This document shows positions 56,364 to 64,000 of a stretch of 64,000 nt of DNA, piece after piece. The DNA lies in the NCBI GenBank assembly GCA_031459625.1, contig JAVKIH010000002.1:169272-233271 (forward strand). Reading direction: 5' to 3'. The notes beneath the pieces are model-generated. The model was not told the DNA's origin. It did not search any database and saw only the letters and a program-made list of their open reading frames with translations. This DNA is from Candidatus Geohabitans tengchongensis. GTDB taxonomy: Bacteria > Sysuimicrobiota > Sysuimicrobiia > Sysuimicrobiales > Humicultoraceae. Within the stretch, counting starts at the first letter, position 1; the number at the start of each line of letters is the position of its first letter. A program made the translations under genes and the position numbers.

Positions 56364-57686
56364 TCAGGCCAGCCCGAACTCCTGGAGGAGGTGGCGCTCC
56401 ACGTCCGCCGCCGCCTCCAGCATGAAGGCCTCGATCTCCTCCGGGGTGCGCGGGGCCGGCCGGTCAGCTGGCGGCGTCCACACCCGCGTGGCGTAGAACT
56501 CGAGGAAGGGCGAGATCGTCGGGAAGGGGTAGATGACGTAGACCTTCTTGCCGGTCGTGTGGGCGTGGATGACCTCGGAGAGGACCCCGAACGACATCTG
56601 GCTCGTCGGGTAGAAGACGACGTTCACGTCGCTCTGGTCGATCAGGCGCAGGTCGCGCACCACCGTGGCCCGCCCCAGCAGCAGCCGGGTGCGCTCGTCC
56701 AGCCCCTGCGCCCAGGCCCGCGCCTCCTCCAGCGATCCGGCCCAGGCGCGGATCTCCTCCCGCTGCTCCGGGGAGAACTGGGCGTCGAACTCCTCCGTGC
56801 CGATGCGGGCGAAGGCGGCGGCCTCCTCGTCCTTCACCGAGAGCGGGTCGAAGACCACGAAGTGCTCGCGCAGCCGGCGGGCAAACGCCCGCGCGGCCTC
56901 GATGAGGTGCCACAGCCCCTCGCGTCTCAGGTTGGTGATGGGGTAGCCCAGGTAGATGCGGGGCCTTTTAAAGCAGATGAGGTCGATGAGGGTGCGGGTG
57001 GGCTCGTCGTGGGCGATCAGGTAGTGCGGCACCCGCTCGTAGGCGGCCAGCATGCGGGTGAGGAAGACCTCCTGCTCCTGCCACATGATCAGCTCGCTGG
57101 TGGGGAGCTGGCCGCGCCACTGCGCCGTCTCGTGCAGGCGGCGGTGGATCTGGTAGACGCTGTCCACCACGGTGATGTAGAAGATGCCCTCCGGGCGCAC
57201 CGGCGGGGCCAGCCGCAGCTCCGGGAGCATCTCCTGGACGGCGGTGGGGGCGGGCTGGGCCGACCGCCGGCGGGTCTCGTCGACGATGAGCTTCAGGTAG
57301 TGGGTGTCGAGGCCCGGGATGAGGTGCCCCTTCCACCAGAAGCAGGCGTGGGTGACCAGGATAGTGGCCACCTCCGGGGCCCACAGCTCCGGGTCGTTCA
57401 CCACCTCGGTGAGGACCACGGCGCGCAGCTGCTGCAGGGCCTCCGGGGCCATGTCCAGGATCGTCTCGGTGCTGATGTCCAGCCCCATGTCCCGCGCCCG
57501 CCGCAGCATCAGGTCGCCCACGTCCACCAATCGCAGCCGCTTGATGGGCGAGGTCCAACGCCCCTCCAGCTGGGCGGACGCGATCAGGCGCTCGGCGTCC
57601 GCCACCACCCGCACCAGGTAGCCCGGGGCGCCGCCGGACTCGCGCACCTTGCCGCTGCCGCTGATGCCGGTGGCGATGACGATCAT
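56364..57686 (-). CDS. Fusion of an archaeal-type adenylate-kinase-like P-loop domain and a nucleoside 2-deoxyribosyltransferase-like domain
   Basis: N-term TGISGSGK, VGDLM, VTHA, PGL; C-term IYLGYP, RDLRLIDQSD, SFGVLSE..HA...GKKVY. Confidence 0.75.
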   Translation of the reverse strand: MIVIATGISGSGKVRESGGAPGYLVRVVADAERLIASAQLEGRWTSPIKRLRLVDVGDLMLRRARDMGLDISTETILDMAPEALQQLRAVVLTEVVNDPELWAPEVATILVTHACFWWKGHLIPGLDTHYLKLIVDETRRRSAQPAPTAVQEMLPELRLAPPVRPEGIFYITVVDSVYQIHRRLHETAQWRGQLPTSELIMWQEQEVFLTRMLAAYERVPHYLIAHDEPTRTLIDLICFKRPRIYLGYPITNLRREGLWHLIEAARAFARRLREHFVVFDPLSVKDEEAAAFARIGTEEFDAQFSPEQREEIRAWAGSLEEARAWAQGLDERTRLLLGRATVVRDLRLIDQSDVNVVFYPTSQMSFGVLSEVIHAHTTGKKVYVIYPFPTISPFLEFYATRVWTPPADRPAPRTPEEIEAFMLEAAADVERHLLQEFGLA

Positions 57687-57711
57687 CAGTCCGCCCCGCC
57701 CGGGCCGGGCC

Positions 57712-58842
57712 TCAGCCCCCGGCCACGCGGAAGGCCCGCACCCGCTCCCAGTCCACCTCCAGCCCGAGCCCCGGGCCGGTGGGGAGCTCCAGCATCCCCT
57801 CCCGCGGCTCCGGGAAGGGGGTGGTGAAGATGTCGCGCAGGGGGTTGGGGATGAACATGGCCTCGTAGCTCAGCAGGTTCGGCACCGCCGCGGCCAGGTG
57901 GAGCGAGGCCAGGTGGGCCACGCCGGCGGAGAAGCCAGTGTGCGGGGCGTACGCCAGGTTGTAGGCGTGGACGAGGGCGCCCAGCCGCAGGGCCGCGGTA
58001 AAGCCGCCCACGCGGGCGATGTCGGGCTGGACCACGTCGATGGCCCGCCGCTCGATCAGGTCGCGGAAGCCGAAGAGCCCGAACTCCGACTCGCCGCCGG
58101 CCACCGGGATGGACTGGCGGCGGCGCACCAGCGCGTACCCCGAGACGTCGTCCGGCGGCACCGGCTCCTCGATCCAGGTGATGTCCAGCGGCTCCACCTC
58201 CCGGCACAGGCGGATCGCCGTGGCGGCGTCGTAGGCGCCGTTGGCGTCGAGCATGAGGGCCACCTCCGGGCCCACCGCCTCGCGGATCGCCCGCACCGTG
58301 GCCACGTCCGCGCGCAGGCCGCCCTGCGCCTCGCTGCGTCCCACCTGCACCTTCACCGCCCGGTGCCCCTGCCGCACCAGTGCCGCCGCCTCGGCCACCA
58401 TGTGGTCGGTGGCGGCGAAGTAGACCTTGGAGGCGTAGACCGGCACCCGTTCCCGTCCCACCCCCCGCAGGAAGCGGAAGAGCGGCTCCCCGGCGGCGCG
58501 GGCCAGCAGGTTCCACAGGGCGATGTCCACGCCGCTCATGGCCTCGACCACGAAGCCGCGCGAGTGGCCCCACCGGCGCAGCTGCCCGAACATCGCCTCC
58601 CACAGGCCGCCCACGTCGCGCGGGTCCCGGCCCAGCAGCACCGGGGCGAGGAGGTCCTCGACGACGGTGGCGGTGACGCGCGGGGCGCGGCGGGCGATGC
58701 ACTCCCCCACCCCGTGCTGCCCGTCGTCAGTCCACACCTCCACCAGGGTGGCCACGAACGTCTGGAACGGGCCCATGGCGAAGAGGATGGGCCGCTCCAG
58801 CCGGCCTGCCAGGGCGTGGGTGACGATGCGCTCGATCTTCAC
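57712..58842 (-). CDS. Mandelate racemase / muconate lactonizing enzyme family protein
   Basis: GVDIALW, LMLDAN, WIEEP, AGGE, QPD..R.GG, APH, PTGPGLG. Confidence 0.94.
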   Translation of the reverse strand: MKIERIVTHALAGRLERPILFAMGPFQTFVATLVEVWTDDGQHGVGECIARRAPRVTATVVEDLLAPVLLGRDPRDVGGLWEAMFGQLRRWGHSRGFVVEAMSGVDIALWNLLARAAGEPLFRFLRGVGRERVPVYASKVYFAATDHMVAEAAALVRQGHRAVKVQVGRSEAQGGLRADVATVRAIREAVGPEVALMLDANGAYDAATAIRLCREVEPLDITWIEEPVPPDDVSGYALVRRRQSIPVAGGESEFGLFGFRDLIERRAIDVVQPDIARVGGFTAALRLGALVHAYNLAYAPHTGFSAGVAHLASLHLAAAVPNLLSYEAMFIPNPLRDIFTTPFPEPREGMLELPTGPGLGLEVDWERVRAFRVAGG

Positions 58843-59597
58843 CGGTACAGGTCCTCCTCCACCGGCCGCACCAGCTGGCGCGCGCGGCCGTCGCCCGGGG
58901 GGAGGCGGGCGCCGCGCACCAGGACCACCGGCGTCCCCTCGTCGCTCTGCCCCTGCAGCAGCCCCGCCGCCGCGGCCAGCTCGTCGGCGACGGCCTCCAC
59001 GCTGGTGCGCAGGACGTAGCCGTAGCGGTCGCGCCGTCCCACGTAGCTGAGGAGCGGCGCGAATCCGGCCAGGCCGATGGCCACGCCCACCGCCCCCTCC
59101 CGGTGGGGGCGGCCGTGGCTGTCGCTCACCACCACGCCCACGTCCACCCCGAAGCGCGCCCGCATCGCCTCGCGCAGGCCCGCCGCCGAGCGGTCGGGGT
59201 CGAGGGGCAGCAGGCTGACCACGTCCTCGCTGCCGGCCACGTTGGAGTGGTCCACCCCGGCATTGGCGCAGATGAACCCCAGCCGGTGCTCGGCGATGAT
59301 CAACCCCGGGCGGCGCCGGTTGATGGCGCGCGACTCCCGCAGGACCACCTCCACCAGGCGCGGGTCCTTGCCGGTCTCCGCCGCCAGCGCCAGGGCCTCC
59401 CGCCCGGGGGTGACCTCGCGTAGGTCGGCGATGCGCCCCTCCGCCTTCGAGACCACCTTCTGGGCCACCACCAGCACGTCGCCGTCGGCGGGGACGATCC
59501 CGCAGGCGGCCAGCGCGTCGGCGATGAGGGCGGCCAGGTCCATCCCCGGCCGCACCTCCGGGAAGGGCTCCAGGGCCCACAGCGTCAGGATGCGCAT
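58839..59597 (-). CDS. cofE: Coenzyme F420-0:L-glutamate ligase
   Basis: KVVSKAEGR, ANAGVDHSN, LLP.DPD.SA, SDSHGRP.R.G, DELAAAA. Confidence 0.93.
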   Translation of the reverse strand: MRILTLWALEPFPEVRPGMDLAALIADALAACGIVPADGDVLVVAQKVVSKAEGRIADLREVTPGREALALAAETGKDPRLVEVVLRESRAINRRRPGLIIAEHRLGFICANAGVDHSNVAGSEDVVSLLPLDPDRSAAGLREAMRARFGVDVGVVVSDSHGRPHREGAVGVAIGLAGFAPLLSYVGRRDRYGYVLRTSVEAVADELAAAAGLLQGQSDEGTPVVLVRGARLPPGDGRARQLVRPVEEDLYR

Positions 59598-59610
59598 CGG
59601 CTCGGCGGCC

Positions 59611-60294
59611 TCACGAGGTCGGCGGGGCGGCCGGCGGGGTGGAGCGCGGCGCCAGGTTAGTCAGGCGCACCCCGACGGCACGCCGGCGGCGCACGGCCAG
59701 GGCCGTCACCAGCGCCCCGAACCCCTCGAGCGCGCGCGCCGCCGCCAGCGGCCCGCAATCCACCGGCCGGCCGCCGAAGGCCTCGACCAGCCCGGCCACC
59801 GCGGCCCGCGCCCCGTCGTCGTCCCCGCACAGGAGGACGTCCTGGTCGAGCGGCCGCTCCGGGCGCCCCAGCGTCGAGGCGGCCACGGTGTGGAAGCCGG
59901 CCACCACGCGGGCGGTGGGCGCGGCCGCCTGCGTCTCCTCGGCGAAGGCGCGCGCCGCGGGCGGCGCGAGGCCCCCCGGGACTTCCGGCGCAAACGGCAC
60001 CGTCACGTCCAGCACCAGCCGGCCGTCGAGCAGCGGAGCGACCTCGCGCAGGACGGCGGCGTGGGCCTCCCAGGGGACGGCTACGACCACCAGGTCGGCC
60101 GCACGCACCGCCTCGACGTTGCCCGCCCCGCGCACCGCCGGACGCTCCAGCGCCGCGGCCGCCGCAGCGCCCCGGGCCGGATCGCGGGAGCCGATCACCA
60201 CCGACCAGCCGGCTGCGACCGCCCGGAGGGCGAACCCCCGGCCGAATGGTCCGGTGCCTCCGACGAGCCCGACCGTGCGTCCCGAAAGGGTCAT
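59611..60294 (-). CDS. npdG: NADPH-dependent F420 reductase (F420H2:NADP+ oxidoreductase)
   Basis: GGTG..G, IGSRD, VVAVPW, VVAGFHTV.A, DVLLCGDD, DCGPL. Confidence 0.88.
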   Translation of the reverse strand: MTLSGRTVGLVGGTGPFGRGFALRAVAAGWSVVIGSRDPARGAAAAAALERPAVRGAGNVEAVRAADLVVVAVPWEAHAAVLREVAPLLDGRLVLDVTVPFAPEVPGGLAPPAARAFAEETQAAAPTARVVAGFHTVAASTLGRPERPLDQDVLLCGDDDGARAAVAGLVEAFGGRPVDCGPLAAARALEGFGALVTALAVRRRRAVGVRLTNLAPRSTPPAAPPTS

Positions 60295-61553
60295 CGCTCC
60301 GGCCCGGCCACGGCCAGCGCGTAGCGGTCGAGCGGGAACGCCTCCGCTGCGGCGCGGATCTCCTCGGCGGTGAGCCCCCGGACGATACCGGGGAAGCGCT
60401 CCAGGTAGTCGAGCCCCAGCGCGTAGTACTCGATCTCCCCCAGCGCGGCCGCCACCCCGCCGTGGGTCTCCAGCCGCACCGCCAGCGACCCGGTCAGGTA
60501 GTCGCGCGCGTCGGCCAGCTCGTCGGGCGCCGGTCCCTCCTGTTGGAAGCGCGCCACCTCCTCCAGGATCGCGCCGATGGCCCGCTCCACATTGGCCGGG
60601 TTCACCCCGGCGCGCACCCACCAGGGCCCCGGCAGCCGGCCGGCGCGCAGCTCCATGGAGGCGTGGTAGGCCAGGCCCATCCGCTCCCGCACCCGCTCGC
60701 CCACCCGTCCCATCATGCCGAGCTGCCCCAGCAGCACGGTGGCCATCATCGCCGGGTAGTAGGCGGGGTCGGTGCGGGCGGGGCCCACCCCGCCGAGCAC
60801 GATGTCCGACTGGCTCTTGCCGGGCAGGGGCACCTCGCGGCGCCGCACGCCCTCGGGCACGCTCACCGGTGGGATGACCGGTTCGACCGCCTCCCCGGCC
60901 GCCTGCCACCCCTCGAAGGCACGCGCCGCCTCTTCCTGGGCCCGGGACCAGGGCAGGTCGCCGACCAGCGCCAGGATGGTGCGGTCGGGGCGGTAGTGGC
61001 GCGCGTGGAAGGCGGCCAGGTCGGGGACGCCGAGCGCCTGCAGCACTGCCTCCTCCCCGTCGGGCGGGGCGGCGTGGGGGTGGTCCGGCGGGAAGGCCAG
61101 CTGGCGGAAGGCCCGCTCGGCGGCGTGCCACGTGTCCAGGGCGCGGACGCGCACCTCGGTGAGCAGCTCGCCGCGCACCTTCTCTACCTCGGCCGCAGGG
61201 AAGGCCGGCCGGGTGACGACCTCGGCCAGCAGGCCGAGGAAGGCCGTTGCGTCCTCCGCCAGCGCCCGCCCCACGACGGCCACCACCTCCAGCGCTGCGG
61301 TAACGGTCAGCGTCGCCCCCATGCCGTCGAGCTCTTCGGCCAGCTGCTGCCCGCTGCGCCGCCGCGTCCCCCGCTCCAGCGTCCGGGCCACGAACCGGGC
61401 CGTACCGGCGTGGCGCCCGTCGAACATGGCGCCCGCCTGCACGAGGAGGTGGACGGCCACCATCCCGCTGCCCGGGCGCTCGACGGCCAGCAGCCGCAGC
61501 CCTCCGGGGAGGACCGCGCGGCGGATGCGCTCGGCGGCCAGGACGACGCTCAT
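60291..61553 (-). CDS. M16 peptidase, non-catalytic subunit
   Basis: M16 fold without HxxEH; RVRERMGLAY; coupled to the catalytic gene. Confidence 0.9.
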   Translation of the reverse strand: MSVVLAAERIRRAVLPGGLRLLAVERPGSGMVAVHLLVQAGAMFDGRHAGTARFVARTLERGTRRRSGQQLAEELDGMGATLTVTAALEVVAVVGRALAEDATAFLGLLAEVVTRPAFPAAEVEKVRGELLTEVRVRALDTWHAAERAFRQLAFPPDHPHAAPPDGEEAVLQALGVPDLAAFHARHYRPDRTILALVGDLPWSRAQEEAARAFEGWQAAGEAVEPVIPPVSVPEGVRRREVPLPGKSQSDIVLGGVGPARTDPAYYPAMMATVLLGQLGMMGRVGERVRERMGLAYHASMELRAGRLPGPWWVRAGVNPANVERAIGAILEEVARFQQEGPAPDELADARDYLTGSLAVRLETHGGVAAALGEIEYYALGLDYLERFPGIVRGLTAEEIRAAAEAFPLDRYALAVAGPER

Positions 61554-62878
61554 GCGTCCACCCGTGCGGCCATGCGCCGCCCGGCCGCCGCGCCCTCCTC
61601 CGGGACGTACCACCCCACCGTCCGCCGACGCGGGTCGAAGACCCGCGCGGCCACCCGCTGCACGTCGGCGGGGGTCACCCGCTCGACCCGGGCCATCACG
61701 TCGAAGAGGGCCTCGGGGTAGAGGAGGAGGGCGTAGGCGCCGAGGGCCCCGGCGAAGGCGTGCACGCCGTCGCGCACGTAGCTGAACTGCGCCCGGGCCT
61801 GCCGCCGCACGCGCGCCAGCTCCTCGGGCGGCACCTCCGTCGTCACCAGCCGGTCCAGCTCCTCCAGGATGGCCGCCTCCACCGCGGCCACCGGGACGCC
61901 GGTGTGCACGGTGGCCACGATGCGCAGCAGGCCCGGGTCGAGGGAGGCGGTGACCGAGGAGACCACTTCCGTGGCCAGCCCGCGGTCGACCAGGGCCCGG
62001 TAGAGCCGGGAGGAGCGCGCGGGCGCCACCGCCCCGCGCACGGCGTCGAAGCCGCCGAGTACCCCGTCGAGCACGAGCAGCGCGGGCAGGTCGGGATCGC
62101 GCGCCGCCGGCGCGTGGTAGGCTACCTGGACGTAGCTCGTGGCGCTGCCGGGCCGCTGCACCACCACCCGTCGCTCCCCCTCCTGGGGCGGTTCCTCCAC
62201 GGTCACCGGCGGGGGCGGCGGGCCCGGGTCGAGGGGGTCGAAGGCGCGGCGCACCTGCTCGAGCACCGCCTCGGCGTCGAACGCCCCCACCGCCACGGCC
62301 AGGGCGTTCCCGGGGTGGTAGTAGGTGCGGTAGTGCGCGTAGAGGTCGTCGCGGGTGAGCCGGCGCAGGTCGCCCTTCCAGCCGATGACGGGGAGACGGT
62401 AGGGGTGCACCTTGAAGGCCAGCGCGTCCACCTCCTCCTGTAGGTAGAAGAGCGGGAAGTTCTCCGCGCCCTCCCGCTCCGAGAGGATGACGGTGCGCTC
62501 GCGCTCCACCTCCTCCGGGTCGAAGCGGGTGTTCCGCATGCGGTCGGCTTCCATCGCGATGGCCACGGGGAGGTGCTGGGCGGGAAGGACCTCGTGGTAG
62601 GCGGTGTAGTCCTTCCAGGTGAAGGCGTTCCACCGCCCGCCCAGCCGGTCGATCGCCCGCGTGAGGACGGGGTAGGGCCGCGTGGGCGTGCCCTTGAAGA
62701 GCATGTGCTCCACCCAGTGGGAGATGCCGGTGCGCCCGGGCTGCTCGTTGCGGCTCCCCACGGCGTACCAGAGCCAGAAGGTGGCCACGGGCGCGGCGTG
62801 GCTCTCCACCACCAGCACCCGCAGGCCGTTGTCCAGCGTGGTGGTCTGGACCCGTTCCGACACGACGAGCTCCGACAT
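61550..62878 (-). CDS. M16 zinc peptidase, catalytic subunit
   Basis: VGSRNE, HWVEHM.FKGT, NAFT..DYT.Y, YY.P.NA. Confidence 0.94.
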   Translation of the reverse strand: MSELVVSERVQTTTLDNGLRVLVVESHAAPVATFWLWYAVGSRNEQPGRTGISHWVEHMLFKGTPTRPYPVLTRAIDRLGGRWNAFTWKDYTAYHEVLPAQHLPVAIAMEADRMRNTRFDPEEVERERTVILSEREGAENFPLFYLQEEVDALAFKVHPYRLPVIGWKGDLRRLTRDDLYAHYRTYYHPGNALAVAVGAFDAEAVLEQVRRAFDPLDPGPPPPPVTVEEPPQEGERRVVVQRPGSATSYVQVAYHAPAARDPDLPALLVLDGVLGGFDAVRGAVAPARSSRLYRALVDRGLATEVVSSVTASLDPGLLRIVATVHTGVPVAAVEAAILEELDRLVTTEVPPEELARVRRQARAQFSYVRDGVHAFAGALGAYALLLYPEALFDVMARVERVTPADVQRVAARVFDPRRRTVGWYVPEEGAAAGRRMAARVDA

Positions 62879-62950
62879 GGCGATGGCAGTGATTCGCCCT
62901 CGGTGCGCTCCATACCCCCCGGCGTGCGGGGCGACCTCTCGCAGCGTACC

Positions 62951-63790
62951 ATGGAGGCGGCTGTGGTCGAGCCGCGTCTGCGCCCCGTCCAGGTGGCCCG
63001 GTACCGGTCCGCGCTGCGCCGTCGCTTCCGCCTGCGCAGCGCGGCGGCGTGCGCCCGCTTCGTCGACGCGCTGGGGTTCTGCTACGCCTTCACCGCCGGC
63101 CCGGGGGCGGTCCCCGGAGTCTTCGACGTCATCGGCACGCGCAGCGTCGACCGTATGTGGTCGTGGGCGTGGCGGTGGAAGGACGAGCTGGCCACGCGCC
63201 GGCGCGTCTTCTACGGCCGCGTCCTGCGGCGCAAGCCCACCTTCGTCTCCCGCGCGCTGCTGCCGGCCTTCTACGCCCTCTCCGGGAACGTCGGGGAGGG
63301 CGACGACCACTTGGCCGCCTACGAGGCCGGCCGCCTCTCGCGGCTGGCGCGCGACCTCTACGAGGAGATCGCCCGGCAGGGGCCGCTGACCACGTGGGAC
63401 CTGCGCCACCGCTTCGTCCCGCGCGGCGACCGCGGGCACTCCTTCCACCGCGCGCTGGCCGACCTGCAGGAGCGCTTCCTCATCGCCAAGGTGGCGGAGG
63501 TGGCGGGGCGCGGGGCCTACGCCTTCATCTGGGACACCTTCACCCGCTGGATGCCCGACGTGGTGGCGGCGGCCGCCCGCCTCACCGACGCGGAGGCGGC
63601 GGCCGCCATCCTGCGCGCCTACCTGCGCCTGGCCGGGGCGGCGCCGCCGGCGGAGGTGGCCGACCTCTTCCGCTGGCCCCCCTCGCTGCTGCCGGCGGCG
63701 GCGGCCGCGGCCGGGACGGTCACGGTACGGCTGGACCGGACCGACGCTTGGTCCCTGCCCGAGCTCATCCCCCGTCTCGTCCGGGCGTGA
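62951..63790 (+). CDS. AlkZ/YcaQ-related winged-helix protein
   Basis: FVDALGFC, W.WKDEL, YGRVLRRKPTFVS, GPLTT..LR, AL.DLQ. Confidence 0.7.
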   Translation: MEAAVVEPRLRPVQVARYRSALRRRFRLRSAAACARFVDALGFCYAFTAGPGAVPGVFDVIGTRSVDRMWSWAWRWKDELATRRRVFYGRVLRRKPTFVSRALLPAFYALSGNVGEGDDHLAAYEAGRLSRLARDLYEEIARQGPLTTWDLRHRFVPRGDRGHSFHRALADLQERFLIAKVAEVAGRGAYAFIWDTFTRWMPDVVAAAARLTDAEAAAAILRAYLRLAGAAPPAEVADLFRWPPSLLPAAAAAAGTVTVRLDRTDAWSLPELIPRLVRA

Positions 63791-63810
63791 GCGCGCCCGT
63801 CGGCTCCTGC

Positions 63811-64000
63811 TCAGCGTGCCGTCAGGCCGCCGTCCACCATCAGGGTCACGCCGGTGATCCACCCCGCCTCGTCGGACGCCAGGAAGAGGACGGCGTAGGC
63901 CACGTCCTCGGGCGTCCCCACCCGGCGCAGCGGGTAGGCCTGGGTGAGGCGTTCCCAGTCCTCCGCCGTATAGCGCTCCCACAGGTCACGGTTGAGGGCG
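63811..64000 (-). CDS. SDR family oxidoreductase, 3' part (runs off the window)
   Basis: [36 protein letters not shown]. Confidence 0.92.
   Translation of the reverse strand, partial: ALNRDLWERYTAEDWERLTQAYPLRRVGTPEDVAYAVLFLASDEAGWITGVTLMVDGGLTAR

Overview
Very GC-rich bacterial chromosome segment with about 67 densely packed CDSs, mostly on the minus strand. Gene style suggests a thermophilic Terrabacteria lineage such as Armatimonadota/CSP1-3 (inference only). No rRNA, tRNA, CRISPR array, integrase or transposase was seen, and most long ORFs in the supplied track are GC shadow frames. Main content: (1) a FadR/GntR-controlled catabolic operon (NitT/TauT ABC transporter, tautomerase, VOC protein, amidohydrolase with an atypical active site); (2) O-methyltransferase, two tandem Fpg/Nei glycosylases, a SAM hydrolase, CcdA, two S41 proteases and an M20 hydrolase; (3) cspA, yggT, an MFS transporter and an FAD/Fe-S dehydrogenase; (4) a his operon (Z-G-C-B-H-A-F-IE, no hisD) with a palindromic operator and a nearby YerC/HisR-type repressor; (5) FTR1, Uma2, Kelch, AdoMetDC-like, SIMPL and thioesterase genes; (6) two peptide-ABC operons without ATPases; (7) OCD, PepA, a YerA-type adenine deaminase, BCP, a DRG-like GTPase, DoxX and Hsp20; (8) an M16-M16-npdG-cofE-enolase run ending in a fusion of an archaeal-type adenylate-kinase-like domain with a nucleoside-deoxyribosyltransferase-like domain. 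The best leads are that fusion and its F420-linked operon, the atypical amidohydrolase operon, two genes that appear to need CTG starts (hisZ and a dppB), the HisR operator, and a sigma32-like promoter before hsp20. All family calls come from motif recognition by eye, not database searches.
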